This document shows positions 1 through 11,699 of a stretch of 64,000 nucleotides of DNA, one piece after another. The stretch is from contig CATNEN010000038.1 in NCBI GenBank assembly GCA_950097015.1, positions 31,806,001-31,870,000 on the forward strand, in the 5' to 3' direction. The notes under the pieces were generated by a model. That model was not told the DNA's origin. It was given only the letters and a program-made list of their open reading frames with translations, and did not search any database. The translations under genes and the position numbers were made by a program. This DNA is from Macrostomum hystrix (lineage: Eukaryota > Animalia > Platyhelminthes). Positions within the stretch are counted from its first letter, which is position 1; every line of letters begins with the position of its first letter.

Positions 1-60
1 CACTACTCACTGTTAGTTTAGCATTGACCGTGACTCACTATGCCTTCTGTTACTTAAATT

Positions 61-1160
61 TTCCCTACTTCTCAATCCTATCAGCTCCCTACTTCTTTAT
101 CATTCCCGCTCCCTACTTCTCTACCATTACCGCTCCCTACTTCTTTATCATACCCGCTCCCTACTTCTCTACCATTACCGCTCCCTACTTATCGACCATA
201 TTCGCTCCCTACTTCTCTACCATATCCGCTCCCAACTTCTCGACCATATCCGCTCCCTACTTCTCTACCATTACCGCTCCCTACTTCTTTACCATTACCG
301 CTCCCTACTTCTCGACCATATCCGCTCCCTACTTCTCTACCATTACCGCTCCCTACTTCTCTACCATTACCGCTCCCTACTTCTTTATCATACCCGCTCC
401 CTACTTCTCTACCATATCTGCTCCCAACTTCTCGACCATATCCGCTCCCTACTTCTCTACCATTACCGCTCCCTACTTCTTTATCATACCCGCTCCCTAC
501 TTCTCTACCATATCTGCTCCCTTCTTCTCTACCATATCCGCTCCCTACTTCTCTAACATTACCGCTCCCTACTTCTCTACCATTACCGCTCCCTACTTCT
601 TTATCATACCCGCTCCCTACTTCTCTACCATATTCGCTCCCTACTTCTTTATCATACCCGCTCCCTACTTCTCTACCATTACCGCTCCCTACTTATCGAC
701 CATATTCGCTCCCTACTTCTCTACCATATCCGCTCCCAACTTCTCGACCATATTCGCTCCCTACTTCTCTACCATATCCGCTCCCAACTTCTCGACCATA
801 TCCGCTACCTACTTCTCTACCATTACCGCTCCCTTCTTCTCTACCATTACCGCTCCCTACTTCTCCACCATATCCGCTCCCTACTTCTCTACCATTACCA
901 CTCCCTACTTCTCTACCACTACCGCTCCCAACTTCTCGACCATATCCGCTCCCTACTTCTCTACCATTACCGCTCCCTACTTCTCGACCATATCCGCTCC
1001 CTACTTCTCTACCATTACCACTCCCTACTTCTCTACCACTACCGCTCCCTACTTCTCTACCATTACCGCTCCCTACTTCTCGACCATATCCGCTCCCTAC
1101 TTCTCGACCATATCCGCTCCCAACTTCTCTACCATATCCGCTCCCTACTTCTCTAACCGC
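61..1160. repeat. 24-bp minisatellite (approx. CCGCTCCCTACTTCTCTACCATTA)n downstream of the ACAD9-like gene
   Basis: Tandem 24-bp units are directly visible; ORF 24..1196 is just their translation (APYFSTIT). Confidence 0.95.
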
Positions 1161-1305
1161 TCTCTACTTTTCAACTTTAACCAGTCTAATATCTAAGCAA
1201 TATGTGCCCTACAAGATCGACTACAAAATTTCTACTATTACCAGTGAAAGTTAAAGCACAAATGAGCACAAACCAGCCTCATTAAAATGACACCGGCAAG
1301 CTAGC

Positions 1306-4300
1306 TCAGTCCCAGTTTCTAGATAGTGCGTGGTCGATTGCGTAGCCGCCAAATTTGCAGGCGTAGTCGCTAATTCTGCGCAATTCACCGTCGGTGTGCC
1401 TCTGATAGAGCTTTTCAATGTTCAGGCCGGCGATGTTGTGCTCAATTCGCAGCGCTGCCTCCTTGCTCAGCATGACAACCAGGTCCAGCTGGAGTTGTTG
1501 AATACAATCACAGGAAATTGCTGGTTTAATGCCAAATTTGGTTGGGACTCACATTCCCTATCCACCTCTATATTGGAGGTCAGTGGCAGAGCTGTTAACG
1601 CGTCTGCCTCTCGCACCGAGGTCCCTGAGTTCGATTCCACGGCGAGGCCACATTTATATGGGGCGCAGCCGCGAATAGAAGGCTTGGGGGCATGTCGTGC
1701 AATTTACGCCCAATCTCCAAGGCACAGTGAGAGTGTTCACTGCCTGACGATGAGAAAGTCATGGCAGGTGTACACACCTGTGTGAGCGTGTGCCTGCGTA
1801 CAGTATCTGTGTGCGTGTGTGCTCAGGAGTCAGCGAAATGGGCAGAATTGCCTCCTCGCTGGTCTAGTGTCACTAAATAATTTGCCATTGCCGGCAGCCC
1901 TCCTGCAATTATTATTATTATTATAACTCTCTATATTAATACGAACCTCATTGTCAGCGGACCGCAAGCCGATGGACTTGGACCTGGACGCACGTGCGCA
2001 GCAGGCCATTATTGTGAACAGATCCACAGAACAGTCGGCAATGCGTTGCATTATAATCTGCTGATTTGACAAGTCGTCGCGAAAATAGAAAAGGCACGAG
2101 CGAACCGCTTGAGCGAATTCGCCAATGTGAATCTAAATGGGGATTTGATCGGATGAGGATCAATGCAATTTCCCATTCATTTAAATTATCCATGGAATTT
2201 TGCATTCACTTAAAAGAGGATCCATGGAATTTTCCGTTCACTCAAAGGATCCATGGGATTTTGCATTCACTCAAAAGAGGATCCATGGAATTTCGCACTC
2301 ACTCAAATAATTCATGGAATTTTCCAGTAATTTTCCATTACTTAAATAAAATAGGCTCACCTCCAGAGAGTTGGCCACGCCGGCCAAGTTGTGATGCCAA
2401 TGCACAGCCAGCATGTGAGATTCGCCGCCAATATTTGCCTCGCGGATCAGCCGGAGCCTAGTTAGGAATCCGTTGGCGCCAAAAACTTTACCGGCCGTCT
2501 CGGCCGCTTTCATGCCGGCAAATTTAATGCCCCGGCCAGCCAGCTGGAGCCGAGTTAGATCCGGCGAAGCGTCGACGCCAGCCAGAGTCCAAGCGTCGCG
2601 CAGGTGTCGCTCGTAGGCAAATTCGCAGGAAGCCACTGACCGACCTCCGGCTAGTGCGGCGGCGTCGGACGCGCTAATTAAAGAGGCTTTAGTTGACAAT
2701 AGGTGCAGAGCGGCAGCTTCAGGCGACAGATCAGCATTCGGAAACTGATCGGATAAGAAGGCTAGAAGATAAGCCACCGACTCTATGGCATAGATTGAAC
2801 CTGCCTGCGAAATCGAAAAATATAATAGGTGTGCATGTCTGTGAGCTACTGACACTCACTAGATACTTCCTGACACTCGCTAGATACTTCCTGACACTCA
2901 CTACAAACTTATTGACACTCACTACAAACTTCCTGACACTCACTAGACTCTTTCTGACACCCATTAGACACACCCTGACATCCATTAGACACATCCTGAC
3001 ACCCATTAGACACATCCTGACACACTTTAGACACATCCTGACACCCATTAGACACATCCTGACACCATTAGAAACTAGATACTTCCTGACACTGACTAGA
3101 TTCACCTGACACTGACTAGATTCGCCTGACACTGACTAGATTCGCCTGACACTGACTAGATTCGCCTGACACTGACTAGATTCGCCTGACACTGACTAGA
3201 TTCGCCTGACACTGACTAGATTCGCCTGACACTGACTAGATTCGCCTGACACTGACTAGATTCGCCTGACACTGACTAGATTCGCCTGACACTGACTAGA
3301 TTCGCCTGACACTGACTAGATTCGCCTGACACTGACTAGATTCGCCTGACACTGACTAGATTCTCCTGATACTGACTAGATTTGCCTGACACTGACTAGA
3401 TTCGCCTGACACTGACTAGATTCGCCTGACACTGACTAGATTCGCCTGACACTGACTAGATTCGCCTGACACTGACTAGATTCGCCTGACACTGACTAGA
3501 TTTGCCTGACACTGACTAGATTCGCCTGACACTGACTAGATTCGCCTGACACTGACTAGATTCGCCTGACACTGACTAGATTCGCCTGACACTGACTAGA
3601 TTCGCCTGACACTGACTAGATTCGCCTGACACTGACTAGATTCGCCTGATACTGACTAGATTCGCCTGATACTGACTAGATTCGCCTGACACTGACTAGA
3701 TTCGCCTGACACTGACTAGATTCGCCTGACACTGACTAGATTCGCCTGACACTGACTAGATTCGCCTGACACTGACTAGATTCGCCTGACACTGACTAGA
3801 TTCGCCTGACACTGACTAGATTCGCCTGACACTGACTAGATTCGCCTGACACTGACTAGATTCGCCTGACACTGACTAGATTCGCCTGACACTGACTAGA
3901 TTCGCCTGACACTGACTAGATTCGCCTGACACTGACTAGATTCGCCTGACACTGACTAGATTCGCCTGATACTGACTAGATTCGCCTGACACTGACTAGA
4001 TTCGCCTGACACTGACTAGATTCGCCTGATACTGACTAGATTCGCCTGACACTGACTAGATTCGCCTGACACTGACTAGATTCGCCTGACACTGACTAGA
4101 TTCGCCTGACACTGACTAGATTCGCCTGACACTGACTAGATTCGCCTGACACTGACTAGATTCTCCTGACACTGACTAGATTCGCCTGACACTGACTAGA
4201 TTCGCCTGACACTGACTAGATTCGCCTGACACTGACTAGATTCGCCTGACACTGACTAGATTCTCCTGACACTGACTAGATTCGCCTGACACTGACTAGA

Positions 4301-7300
4301 TTTGCCTGACACTGACTAGATTCGCCTGACACTGACTAGATTCGCCTGACACTGACTAGATTCGCCTGACACTGACTAGATTCGCCTGACACTGACAAGA
4401 TTCGCCTGACACTGACTAGATTCGCCTGACACTGACTAGATTCGCCTGACACTGACTAGATTCGCCTGACACTGACTAGATTCGCCTGACACTGACTAGA
4501 TTCGCCTGACACTGACTAGATTCGCCTGACACTGACTAGATTCGCCTGACACTGACTAGATTCGCCTGATACTGACTAGATTCGCCTGACACTGACTAGA
4601 TTCGCCTGACACTGACTAGATTCGCCTGACACCAGTCAGTTACTTCCTGAACCCAATCCATAACACACCATTCTAGCCAGCTTCTGCTGCACCATCGGAT
4701 ATTCGGAAAGCGGCTGCAGTCCTTCGGGTCGTCTGGCTCGACAATGGGCAACAGCATCGCCAAGCAGACGCTTCAAATTACCGGCGGTGGCGGCGCCAGC
4801 CGATATTCTACCCGCGGCTACCACTCGTCGAATTAGTTTCTGGCCGTTGTCAACCTCGCCAAGCACGTGCTCATCTGGCACTATGACATTGTTGAGATGT
4901 AGCGCTCCAATCGCCGCAGAGCGAGCGCCTAGGCCGACCTCGCGAGGACCAACTGAGACGCCCGCCTGGCTGCGCTCAACTAGGAAAGCTGTCAGGCGAT
5001 TCTTTGCCAACGCGGTCGGGGCTGTCAGATTTGGGAGCAAACAAGATGGGATCAACATCATTGATCTGTTTGTAACTTCAAAGGATGGGATTTAACTACG
5101 AATCACCAGCATGGGGATTTCTAGTAGGCAATACAGAACTAGGAATTCAGGAAAGTCAACCTAGCGACCTCAGGGGTAATAAATCAGAGACCTGGGAGGG
5201 ATTAGCCTGGGATCTTGAAGAGTTTAGTCTAGGTATTCAGGATATATTAGCCAAAAGATCTAGAAGGGATTAGCCTAGGGATCTGGAAGGGATTTGCCTA
5301 GGGATGTGGAAGGGATTTGCCTAGGGATCTGGGAGGGATTTGCCTAGGGATCTGGGAGGGATTTGCCTAGGGATCTGGAAGGGATTAGCCTAGGGATGTG
5401 GAAGGGATTAGACTAGGGATCTGGGAGGGATTAGACTAGGGATCTGGGAGGGATTTGCCTAGGGATCTGGGAGGGATTTGCCTAGGGATCTGGAAGGGAT
5501 TAGCCTAGGGATGTGGAAGGGATTAGACTAGGGATCTGGGAGGGATTAGACTAGGGATCTGGGAGGGATTTGCCTAGGGATCTGGGAGGGATTAGACTAG
5601 GGATCTGGGAGGGATTAGACTAGGGATCTGGGAGGGATTAGACTAGGGATCTGGGAGGGATTAGACTAGGGATCTGGGAGGGATTAGACTAGGGATCTGG
5701 GAGGGATTAGACTAGGGATCTGGGAGGGATTTGCCTAGGGATCTGGGAGGGATTAGACTAGGGATCTGGGAGGGATTTGCCTAGGGATCTGGGAGGGATT
5801 AGACTAGGGATCTGGGAGGGATTTGCCTAGGGATCTGGGAGGGATTTGCCTAGGGATCTGGAAGGGATTAGCCTAGGGATGTGGAAGGGATTAGACTAGG
5901 GATCTGGGAGGGATTAGACTAGGGATCTGGAAGGGATGAGCCTAGGAATCTGGAAGGGATTAGACTAGGGATCTGGAAGTTATTTGCCTTGGGATCTTTA
6001 AAGGATCAGCCTAGGGAACTGGGAGGGATAATAGGACTGGGAGGGAGATATCCCTAGGGGTCAGGGGTAATAATATTTTAATCTACAAAGAAGACAATGG
6101 CCCTGACTCTCACCGGTGCTAGTGGTGTCCTCACTGGACTGACTAGTGCTAGCCAGGACAACGAACACGTCCGCCACCGGAGCATTGGCTACCCAGATCT
6201 TGGTGCCGTTCAATCTCCAAAATTTGCCATCTACGTCCCGATGGGCTAGGCAGCGAATGCTCGATTTGGGATCAGCGAAGGCGCCACCGCCGCCTGGCTC
6301 GGTTAGGCAGAATGCAGCCAGCTGGTCTCCGCTAGCCAGCGGGCCTGCCAGGCGTTCAAGCAGCTGCAGCTGGGCGCCGTCTAACAGAGCCCGGACGCCT
6401 AGAGAGTTGTGCGCCCTCAGGGTCAGATCAATCGACGCGTCGGCTGACAGGCACTCGGCTAGGCGAGCCTGAGCCACCGAGGACAGGCTGGCAGCGTAGC
6501 TGAATAGATTCAATTGGCGCAGGCCGGCGAGCAACGGCGGCGGAAGGAATTCGCCGCTGCGATCTAACTCGCGGCTGTCAACTAAGGGCCAGTCAGGGTA
6601 GGTTCGGGAAGGAGATGAGAATATGGCTTTTAAATTGGGAATGAGAAACTGCATATGGATAGGGAAAACAAACAAATGGAGCATACAAATCTGAGATGGA
6701 CAATGGGATCAGAATCGTAGAAGTTTGACAATGGGATCAGAGTTGTAACAGATGAAACATGGGATCAGAACTGTTAAAGTAATGTACAATGGGATCAGAA
6801 ATGTTTAAGTTATGTACAATGGGATCAGAACTATCTAAGTGACGGACAATGGGATCAGAACTATCTAAGTGACGGAAAATGGGATCAGAACTATGTAAGT
6901 GATGGACAATGGGATCAGAACTGTTTAAGTAATGTACAATGGGATCAGAACTACGTAAGTGACGGACAATGGGATCAGAACTATGTAAGTGATGGACAAT
7001 GGGATCAGAACTGTGTAAGTAATGTACAATGGGATCAGAACTGTTTAAGTTATGTACAATGGGATCAGAACTATGTTAGTGACGGACAATGGGATCAGAA
7101 CTATCTAATTGACGGACAATGGGATCAGAACTGTAAGAGATGGACGATTAGGTCAAAGTTGTAAAAGTTAGGCGCTGGGATCAGAATGTGAATAGCATCA
7201 TAGGATCATAAAGGGAAATACATATTTAATAGAGACTTTAAATGCAATTTTTTCACCTTACCATGATCAGCAAAAAACTTTTCAACAGGCTCAACCCGAT

Positions 7301-7726
7301 TGTGAATGGCTTTTAATTCTTCAGTTGTCTGAACCTCTGGATAGGTTAGTATTTCCTAGAATTGCATAGAACTTGTAAGAAATAGAAGCTATTCAAATAT
7401 CATAAGAGTTTTTAAACATTGCAAATTTGAAGATACCATTCCATACAAACCTTATTCACATTGCCGACAAATATTCCAAGAATGCATGGCCCAAGATCTT
7501 TAGATGTACCAATTGACTGCTTCATAACTGAGTTTTCGTTAGGTTTGTTCACAGCATTACTAGCTGTGCTTGTGTCTGACACAATCTGCTCAATGGAGTT
7601 CTGTTCAAGCTGTTTATTAGGGGCAGCAGATGAACTGATAAAAGCATGTTTATAATGGGACAGTTGATTGGCCAGTTGCCTACTCAATGCACATAGCTTG
7701 AGACGTTGGATACCAGTGACAAGCAT
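1306..7726 (-). CDS. ACAD9: ACAD9-like mitochondrial acyl-CoA dehydrogenase / complex I assembly factor, 7 coding exons, ~667 aa
   Basis: Minus-strand exons 7726-7451, 7355-7262, 6581-6114, 5021-4669, 2804-2361, 2132-1947, 1488-1306; all GT-AG with matching phases (2004 nt). Motifs EILTYPEV..PVEKFFADHVDSRELD, AFCLTEP, WRLNGTKIWVAN, TAFLVER, YERHLRD, RASRSKSIGLR and C-terminal GGYAIDHALSRNWD match the ACAD9/VLCAD subfamily including its C-terminal extension. Confidence 0.88.
1575..1924 (+). mobile_element. tRNA-derived SINE, family A, full-length copy in the last ACAD9 intron
   Basis: A-box-like TGGCAGAGCTG, B-box GTTCGATTCC, body shared with copies at 31.5 kb and 39.8 kb, (ATT)n tail at ~1908-1924. 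Confidence 0.8.
2845..4633. repeat. 20-bp minisatellite (ACTGACTAGATTCGCCTGAC)n filling an ACAD9 intron
   Basis: Near-perfect tandem array, with degenerate 21-bp variants at the left edge. Confidence 0.97.
5260..6030. repeat. ~22-bp G-rich intronic minisatellite (CTAGGGATCTGGGAGGGATTAGA-like)
   Basis: Tandem units with several GGG runs each. Confidence 0.93.
6700..7140. repeat. 30-bp intronic minisatellite (CAATGGGATCAGAACTATGTAAGTGACGGA-like)
   Basis: Tandem units with constant AATGGGATCAGAA core. Confidence 0.92.
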
Positions 7727-10049
7727 TCTATTAGAATTGCTGTAAAAATGCTTTCTAAATTAGAAATCATTCAATAGGTATGTGTGTGATTCTCAAATTA
7801 TAAAACGATAAAACTGTTTCACAACATAAAGACTTTTAGCAATTTAACTCATGAAGACATTAAAATATTTTTATTGAACTATTAAATTTGGGATTAATTT
7901 TAACCAGAAAAAAAACAAAGCAGCATGTTGTATATAAAAATTATTATTTTAACCAAGCCATTTGGAAAATATGATATAAATAATACAAATTAAAGTTTAA
8001 TTGCTGAGTGTTTCTAAACTTTTGTAGTTTTTTTGCCTAATTGCATGAGTGAAGTTTAAAAGTTTGAATTGTATTGTATTATTAAAATTGCATTTTATGT
8101 ACATTACCTGGACACTGTCATCTTACAACTGTAGGGCTTCTTGAAATTTGATATTATAAAATAGTTCCAGTGTTAGTAGGCACATAAATCTAATCTATAA
8201 ATGTTTTTGCAGTGTGGAGTTCAAAAAAGAAAACCATTTTGTTCCATCTACAACAATTTTCTATGGAATGACTTTCTTATCACAGGATGACCAGACTTTG
8301 TGGCACATAGGTTTTTAGAAGAATTTTAGAAGAATTTTTGTTGGGTGCTGTATTTGTGGGAAAATGACAAATAAATAGGATTAAAATTCAATAGAGTCAA
8401 GGGGACATTAAATATTACTCATTTATTATTGGGTAGCCTTAAGTCTGAAGGCTTTTGCAGGGACCCCATATATAAGAATACCACACATTAAGCAGGGCAT
8501 TGTAATTGAAGTGTTTTGGGTCAAGTAATTCTGTGTTAATAACAAATAGGATTAAACTTCAATACATACATGGGACTGATTGAAGATAAATGCTATTTAT
8601 TATAGATTGGGCCTAACCACCTAAGGACTTTAGTGGGTATACAAATATATCTGAATCAGACAATATGACAATGATGAAAAATGACAGCAACAAGTACATT
8701 CTTGCAATGAAGCGCATGTTTTTAGCAATTTATTGAGCTGTTTGGGAGAAAATCAATTATAAGCAAGCAACCAAGATTTTCATTTTTCATATGTAAGATA
8801 ATTACTATTAATAGAATGTAAATCAAGACTAGTTTTAAAATATTTTCTCATAAAAACAATTAGCAAACTTGTACTAATTACTTCAAATATATTTTTATGT
8901 TATGAGTAATCTACAATCAAATAGTAAGTCAATATGGTCAGTGTGTCAGTAGGTCTAGAACCCACACACTAGAATAAAATGGGTAAAGTTTCAAGTCAAT
9001 TGGAAAAAAAATTAAGGTAGGGCGGCCTATTTAATTGGATTAAAATTCAAGAAGCATGAAATGTTAAGGATTCTTAATAATATATGCCTATGTGAAATTA
9101 AAATTTTCTCTAGTTCTTTTGCTTAAGCTTTGAACCATGATTTTAAAAGCACAACAAACAGGTTAGGTATTGTCGACCAAAACTAGTAGCTTGACAACTA
9201 GGTTAAAGAATGATTGTCCTTCAAAAGATTACCAAAAAACAAGGCTTCAGATGTAGGCATTCTCTGGGATTACGTGGCCACTGGATAAATCCTAGTTTCG
9301 GTTTAAGGGACCAACTATGTTTGTTAACCATTTCAAATTTCATCTTTGAAAGCATAAAAACAAAAAGCCTCAGTTATGAGTTTGGCTAGAATCTCCATCC
9401 CCTATAGTATTGTTTCGGTTTAGGGGCCATTTAACAAAAACAAAGGTATATTAAAGGTCAAGAAAAAAAACCTAACTGAAAAAAGTGTAGTATAAAACCT
9501 TTGTTTTTTCAGTCAGTCAAAAACTTAGCATTTAATTTTGACTCATTTAGTTGTCCCGCGCCATTCAATATGCATGCAATGTCAGCTAGGCCTAGTTTTG
9601 GATTAGGGGACCTGTACTGTGTTCGTCCCATTAGATGTCCCTAAACCGAAATAAGGGAGGGTGCAGTTGCAGGAGGCAGGAGCAAACTTCAGCAACACTA
9701 ACGGCAACTCTGCATCTGCAAGAACTAGCCCTACAATAAATTTAGAGCTTAAGAAATAAATGCTGGGCTCTTTTAAAAACATATGCTTAATAAAATAAAC
9801 GTATTACCGATAAGTAAACAGTGTAGTTTAAGAGAAGCAGCAGCTCTCTTACTTTTAAAATAGTGTAACTATTTTAAAATTGTAAAATACTAAATAGTAA
9901 AATAGTGCTTGGCAAGTTAAGTAATTGTTGATTAGTTAGTAAGTTTAGCTGATTACTAGCAAGTTTTGCCCCCCTTCGGGGAGCAGAAATATTTTAAATT
10001 CATCTTGTATATACTTTTTAGCAGCTGTATTTTCAGCTTTTTTAAGCTA

Positions 10050-11695
10050 CAATGATCACCCAGTTGACAATGATCCCCCAGTTGATGATGATCCCCAGTT
10101 GACAATGATCCCCCAGTTGACAATGATCCCCCAGTTGACAATGATCTCACAGTTGACAATGATCCCCCAGTTTACAATGATCCCCCAGTTGACAATGATC
10201 CCCCAGTTGACAATGATCACCCAGTTGACAATGATCTCACAGTTGACAATGATCCCCAAGTTGACCATGATCCCCCAGTTGACAATGATCCCCCAGTTGA
10301 CAATGATCACCCAGTTGACAATGATCCCCCAGTTGACAATGATCCCCCAGTTGACAATGATCCCCCAGTTGACAATGATCCCCAGTTGACAATGATCCCC
10401 CAGTTCACAATGATCCCCCAGTTGACAATGATCCCCCAGTTGACAATGATCCCCCAGTTGACAATGATCCCCCAGTTGACAATGATCCCCAGTTGACAAT
10501 GATCCCCCAGTTCACAATGATCCCCTTGTTGACAATGATCCCCCAGTTGACAATGATCCCACAGTTGACAATGATCCCCCAGTTGACAATGATCCCCCAG
10601 TTGACAATGAACACCCATTTGACAATCATTCCCCAGTTGACAATGATCCCCCAGTTGATAATGATACCCCAGTTGACAATGATCCCTCAGATGACAATGA
10701 TCCCCCAGTTGACAATGATCACCCAGTTGACAATGATCCCCCAGTTGACAATGATCCCCCCATTTGACAATGATCCCCCAGTTGACAATCATTCCCAAGT
10801 TGACAATGATCCCCCAGTTGATAATGATACCCCAGTTGACAATGAACACCCATTTGACAATCATTCCCAAGTTGACAATGATCCCCCAGTTGATAATGAT
10901 GCCCCAGTTGACAATGATCCCTCAGTTGACAATGATCCCCCAGTTGACAATGATCACCCAGTTGACAATGATCCCCCAGTTGACAATGTTCCCCCAGTTG
11001 ACAATGATCCCCAGTTGACAATGATCCCCCAGTTGACAATGTTCCCCCAGTTGACAATGATCCCCAGTTGACAATGATCCCCCAGTTCACAATGATCCCC
11101 TTGTTGACAATGATCCCCCAGTTGACAATGATCCCACAGTTGACAATGATCCCCCAGTTTACAATGATCCCCCAGTTGATGATGATCCCCCAGTCGACAA
11201 TTATCTCTCAGTTGACTATGATCCCCCAGTTGACAATGATCCCCCAGTTGACATTGACAATGATCTCCCAGTTGACAATGATCCCCCAGTTGACAATTAT
11301 CCCCCAGTTAACCATGATCCCGCATTTGATGATGACTCCCCAGTTGACAATTATCCCCCAGTTGACAACTATCCCCCCGTTGACAATGATCCTCCAGTTG
11401 ACCATGATCCCCCAGTTGACGATTATCCCCCAGTCGACAATTATCTCTCAGTTGACTATGATCCCCCATTGATGGTGATCCCAGTTGACAATGTTCCCCC
11501 AGTTGAACATGATCCCCTAGTTGACAATGATCCCCTAGTTGATTATGATCCCGCATTTGGTGATGTTTCCCCGTGACAATTATCCCCCAGTTGACAATTA
11601 TCCCCCAGTTGCCAATGATCCTCCAGTTGACAATGATCCCCCAGTTGACAATTATCCCCCAGTTTACCATGATCCCCCAGTTGACGATTATCCAC
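10050..11695. repeat. 21-bp minisatellite (CAGTTGACAATGATCCCC-type)
   Basis: Tandem array; source of the LTMIPQ / GDHCQL ORFs. Confidence 0.95.
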
Positions 11696-11699
11696 CAGT

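Noticed and set aside
24-1196. 390-aa ORF of APYFSTIT repeats
   Set aside because: Translation of a 24-bp minisatellite that stays open because the unit is a multiple of 3; non-ATG start and no gene context.
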